A DNA stretch of 64,000 nt, from positions 11,263,626 through 11,327,625 of the forward strand of contig CM119270.1 of assembly GCA_051294375.1 (NCBI GenBank). Direction: 5' to 3'. Both the position numbers and the translations under genes were made by a program. Source of the DNA: Paraspadella gotoi. Taxonomy: Eukaryota > Animalia > Chaetognatha. Every line of letters begins with the position of its first letter. The first letter of the stretch is position 1. This document shows, piece after piece, positions 63,423 to 64,000 of the stretch. The notes beneath the pieces are model-generated. The model did not search any database. It worked only from the letters and a program-made list of their open reading frames with translations, and had not been told where the DNA came from.

Positions 63423-64000
63423 CATGTTGTAATTTTTCTCTTCTTCGTTGTTCAATAAGATAGCAGATTCGAAAACGAAAGTTTTAGTATTTTTTACAAA
63501 CGATTTTTATTTACAAAATATTGGACATTGTTTCGGGGACTCTTGTTTTCGGAGACAGGGAAGTCTCTATCTTCATCCGTTCCGAACAGCACAAGAAGCC
63601 TATAAAAGACAGCGAGGCCACTTACCTGTCGGCCATAGCAAGAACATTCGGCCAAATACGGGCCATCTGTTTGAAGAACGGATGTCTCAATGCTGTCCCA
63701 TGACCAAAAACCGTTCTCAAGACGGTAATTAGAGAGCAATTTACATCAAAAGGCCCCTTCGAGCCCTCTCATGAACCGTGATGGAGACGATCGAGCTCCC
63801 TCTAAGCTACGATCGCTCATCAAGTTGGCGGATTGGGAACACCCTACACCACCCAACCGCCGTGATTCCCCTGTCCCACTCAACGGGTCAGGCGGAGGGC
63901 TCTCAGCAGGCAATGGACGTCCGATGCTCTCCGACCTACAAGCAACTTGGGTGTGACCCCTTCTCACCACTGAGCGTCGACAAACGACGGCCTGCAGGAG

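Noticed and set aside
63448-64000. Moderately GC-rich ORF fragments at the window end
   Set aside because: Possibly an exon or retroelement piece, but there is no recognisable motif and the context is truncated.

Overview
This is AT-rich, microsatellite-dense, intron-rich DNA from an invertebrate animal, in a draft assembly with N gaps and patches of single-base indel noise. The ORF track is mostly spurious, so I rebuilt the genes by hand from GT/GC-AG boundaries and reading-frame continuity. Six genes were found. (1) An 11-exon SREB/GPR85-like orphan class A GPCR (+, 3162-8168). (2) A roughly 45-exon otoferlin-type ferlin (+, 14089-36877) with a duplicated, mutually exclusive exon pair in C2B, two alternative terminal TM exons, two GC-AG introns and candidate microexons. 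(3) A 7-exon orphan with an acidic Cys-rich region and a C-terminal FN3 domain (-, 42013-37792). (4) A small orphan with a signal peptide and two TM segments (-, 43137-42514). (5) An SLC22-type transporter (+, 45418-49854). (6) A 5-exon gene ending in a Merlin/IS1595-like Zn-ribbon plus HTH with no DDE core (-, 54178-51074), probably a domesticated transposase. Non-coding features include Tc1/mariner-type MITEs, a tRNA-derived SINE and a Penelope-type minimal hammerhead ribozyme nested in a MITE. There is also a hairpin-dense 240-nt intronic island, minisatellites built from an exon's own splice sites, and a 3.7-kb direct duplication that is probably an assembly artefact. Family assignments come from recalled motifs; no database search was run.
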